Origin: Candidatus Woesebacteria bacterium GW2011_GWA1_39_21
GTDB taxonomy: Bacteria > Patescibacteriota > Microgenomatia > UBA8517
Reading direction: 5' to 3'
NCBI GenBank assembly: GCA_000993685.1
Contig: LBWP01000012.1
Location: 1 to 59,744, forward strand
Length of the DNA stretch: 59,744 bases
The notes under the pieces are model-generated. The model worked only from the letters and a program-made list of their open reading frames with translations, was not told the origin of the DNA and searched no databases. Each line of letters begins with the position of its first letter. The first letter of the stretch is position 1. Made by a program: the position numbers and the translations under genes. Of the stretch, positions 57,769 through 59,744 are shown piece by piece.

Positions 57769-58257
57769 ATGAAGAGAATTGGTGGTAATGTAATCCCTTT
57801 AGTTATAATTATAATTTTGTTATTGGTTTTAGGATTGTATATCGCTTATAAAAGTTTTTTGTCAAAAAACAACCAATCAACTTATAACTCTACACATAAT
57901 CCACAAGCGTCCCTTGCACCAATCGATTCTGATTTTCCATCCCTTTATTCAAAAGTTGAGTGGTCAGAACCTATCACAGAGGAATATTTATATTCCGATT
58001 CTATGAATAACACTTTCTCCCTCAATTCAACCGTAACTAAAACTAAAAATTTGATAAATGGAACCACGATGACTAATACCATTACTTATTATCGTAATGA
58101 GCTTAAGCGATTAAGTTGGAAAGAACAGGGTTCTGCCGGTGGTCCAAATGGGGAAAATTATGTTTTTGAAAAGAATGGTGAATACTTCGCAATTGATTTT
58201 TTTGTTAAATCAGACTCTCCTTTGATGTATCAGGCAATTGTTTCACACAGTCTCTAA
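57769..58257 (+). CDS. Membrane-anchored hypothetical protein
   Basis: KRIGGN.IPL.III pilin-like N-terminal TM; YY..EL...W motif. Confidence 0.6.
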   Translation: MKRIGGNVIPLVIIIILLLVLGLYIAYKSFLSKNNQSTYNSTHNPQASLAPIDSDFPSLYSKVEWSEPITEEYLYSDSMNNTFSLNSTVTKTKNLINGTTMTNTITYYRNELKRLSWKEQGSAGGPNGENYVFEKNGEYFAIDFFVKSDSPLMYQAIVSHSL

Positions 58258-58258
58258 T

Positions 58259-59743
58259 TTATTTCACCTCAACAAAATCGGCCCCTTCTAAATAGATGTT
58301 TTTATTACTAAAATCTTTCAAGATACCAATTTGATTTTCTCCATCAATGATGCTTATATCTGTTTTATTAATTCTAAAGAAACAAACAAGGTCACCATAA
58401 CCATCCTTATTCACATCCTGATGGTTATCAATACATTTATCAAACGATTTTTCGTCGCCTGTTTTACCAAATGTAAGAGTATCTTTAATTATATCATTGG
58501 GCGCGTCGAAGATTTTCGAAGATAAAATCGCAATCTCAATTAATCCGTTGCTTTTTGAAACGATCTTGTTATGATCAGTATGGCGTTTCACATTAATATC
58601 AATCTTTTGTGTCAGTATATTTCCTCCTGGAGTTGGTCTATATCGGAAAGTGTACATGTTGTTTTCATTTGATTTATTTGAACCCTCATATAATTCAAAT
58701 AAAGTTGATGCGTCGACATCTGTACCATATACTGCAAAACTATATTCTTCCCCAACAGGTAGCACAATTTCAACCTTATAAATTTCATCAGGTGGTGTTG
58801 TAATGAAAGCAGAATTTATACCTGTTCCGTTTGGAGGAAGCGGATCATCTAATCCTGGATTAGAATACGCATCTTCAAAAAAATAAGTAGAATTGGGAAT
58901 TTCTTTCAGTGTGTTTCCCGTAGCTTTATCAAAACCTGTTCTTCTTCCACTTGAATCAGTAACTAATATCTGTGAAGGCAACTTTGCAGTTACCTCAAAA
59001 CTACTAAAATCACTGGAGGTCTTATGGAAACGACGCATGGCTAAAGCATTGTTTTGATAAGCTGGATCATTAAGAGCTAATCTTGGGTATGCTGGGTCGT
59101 TGATTAAAAAAGAATTGTCATCGATACCCTTCGCTACTACCCAGTGTTGTGTCCCTGGAACCTTAAGAGATACTGGCCGATTGTTATATATCTCGTCGGA
59201 GACTTGATTATAATCATAGTAATTATCATAGCCTTGAAAAATTATTTTTTGAGTACCATATTTACTATAGGAATCAGCCGAGTAATTACCAACTGATGCC
59301 CACCATAAATTTCCGAAGCGATACCCAAGGCTTACACAGCCTTCAGTGTTACATTTTGTATTTTTCTTAAAATAATTATTAACTGTAGAGGGGTTCGTTG
59401 GATTTCCGTCCAGATCTTTGTCTATACCAAAATACTTTAATATCATCGAAACAGAACTTAACGCGCATCCGCAATCACCAATTGTTTGTCCACACCACAA
59501 GCTTTGACTGTTTCCACTGTCATATTCATGACCGCTCCAATTTAAATCAGTTTGCTTAAACATTGGAACATTTAGGATTATCGGGGTGGGAGTTGGAGTT
59601 GTAGAAATAGTTGGAGTAGGGTTTATTGTAGGAGTCAATGTGGCGGTTGGAATTGGAGTAGGAGTTGGAGTTGGTGGAGGTGTATAAGAATAGCAATTAC
59701 AATTTGTCCATGTAGATAGTTCTCCCCCGCAAACTACTCCCGT
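58259..59743 (-). CDS. Surface protein with PT linker and C39-like cysteine peptidase domain (5' partial, runs off the window)
   Basis: LNVP.FKQTD..W, CGCALSS..M, QHWVVA.G, INDP. The frame is open to the window end. Confidence 0.8.
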   Translation of the reverse strand, partial: TGVVCGGELSTWTNCNCYSYTPPPTPTPTPIPTATLTPTINPTPTISTTPTPTPIILNVPMFKQTDLNWSGHEYDSGNSQSLWCGQTIGDCGCALSSVSMILKYFGIDKDLDGNPTNPSTVNNYFKKNTKCNTEGCVSLGYRFGNLWWASVGNYSADSYSKYGTQKIIFQGYDNYYDYNQVSDEIYNNRPVSLKVPGTQHWVVAKGIDDNSFLINDPAYPRLALNDPAYQNNALAMRRFHKTSSDFSSFEVTAKLPSQILVTDSSGRRTGFDKATGNTLKEIPNSTYFFEDAYSNPGLDDPLPPNGTGINSAFITTPPDEIYKVEIVLPVGEEYSFAVYGTDVDASTLFELYEGSNKSNENNMYTFRYRPTPGGNILTQKIDINVKRHTDHNKIVSKSNGLIEIAILSSKIFDAPNDIIKDTLTFGKTGDEKSFDKCIDNHQDVNKDGYGDLVCFFRINKTDISIIDGENQIGILKDFSNKNIYLEGADFVEVK

Positions 59744-59744
59744 A

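Noticed and set aside
549-58803. Numerous 60-140-aa ORFs overlapping long genes in other frames or strands
   Set aside because: They are shadow ORFs with no motifs, nested in well-supported CDSs.
1-59744. Stop-codon reassignment (code 25)
   Set aside because: Conserved genes are full length under code 11 and several end in TGA (galE, argH, cca).

Overview
This is a gene-dense, AT-rich bacterial chromosomal segment (genetic code 11). Gene content and style point to Patescibacteria/CPR, Microgenomates-like (inference from the short archaeal-type AspRS, ACT-less RelA/SpoT, DUF3048/DUF4446/DUF5679 genes, PT-rich surface proteins and -10 boxes 6 nt before ATG). The housekeeping backbone (macAB-like ABC exporter, msrBA, two-component pair, gltX, dacA, aspS, relA/spoT, recJ, cca, secDF, nth, dtd, yifB/comM, sod, glgP) is interrupted by several accessory layers. 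(1) A ~194-bp non-autonomous IS200/IS605-type element occurs as two full copies, and a third, split copy brackets 3.5 kb of cargo containing two tRNA 3'-end scars. (2) An integrase-less ~5.8-kb island sits in the 3' end of yifB/comM, marked by three copies of the same comM segment. It carries argH-argG under an ultrashort-Stem-I T-box with a terminator, plus an Arg-Arg-Arg leader-peptide attenuator. (3) A tightly coupled operon of ThiF(Rv1355c-like), Leu/Phe/Val dehydrogenase, PaaK-like ligase and a 7TM histidine kinase, followed by two receivers, looks like a small-molecule signal synthase/sensor system. (4) A decaying cassette locus lies beside a C39-like surface protein at the right end. 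No rRNA, intact tRNA or CRISPR array was seen. All family assignments come from motif recognition by eye, not from database searches.
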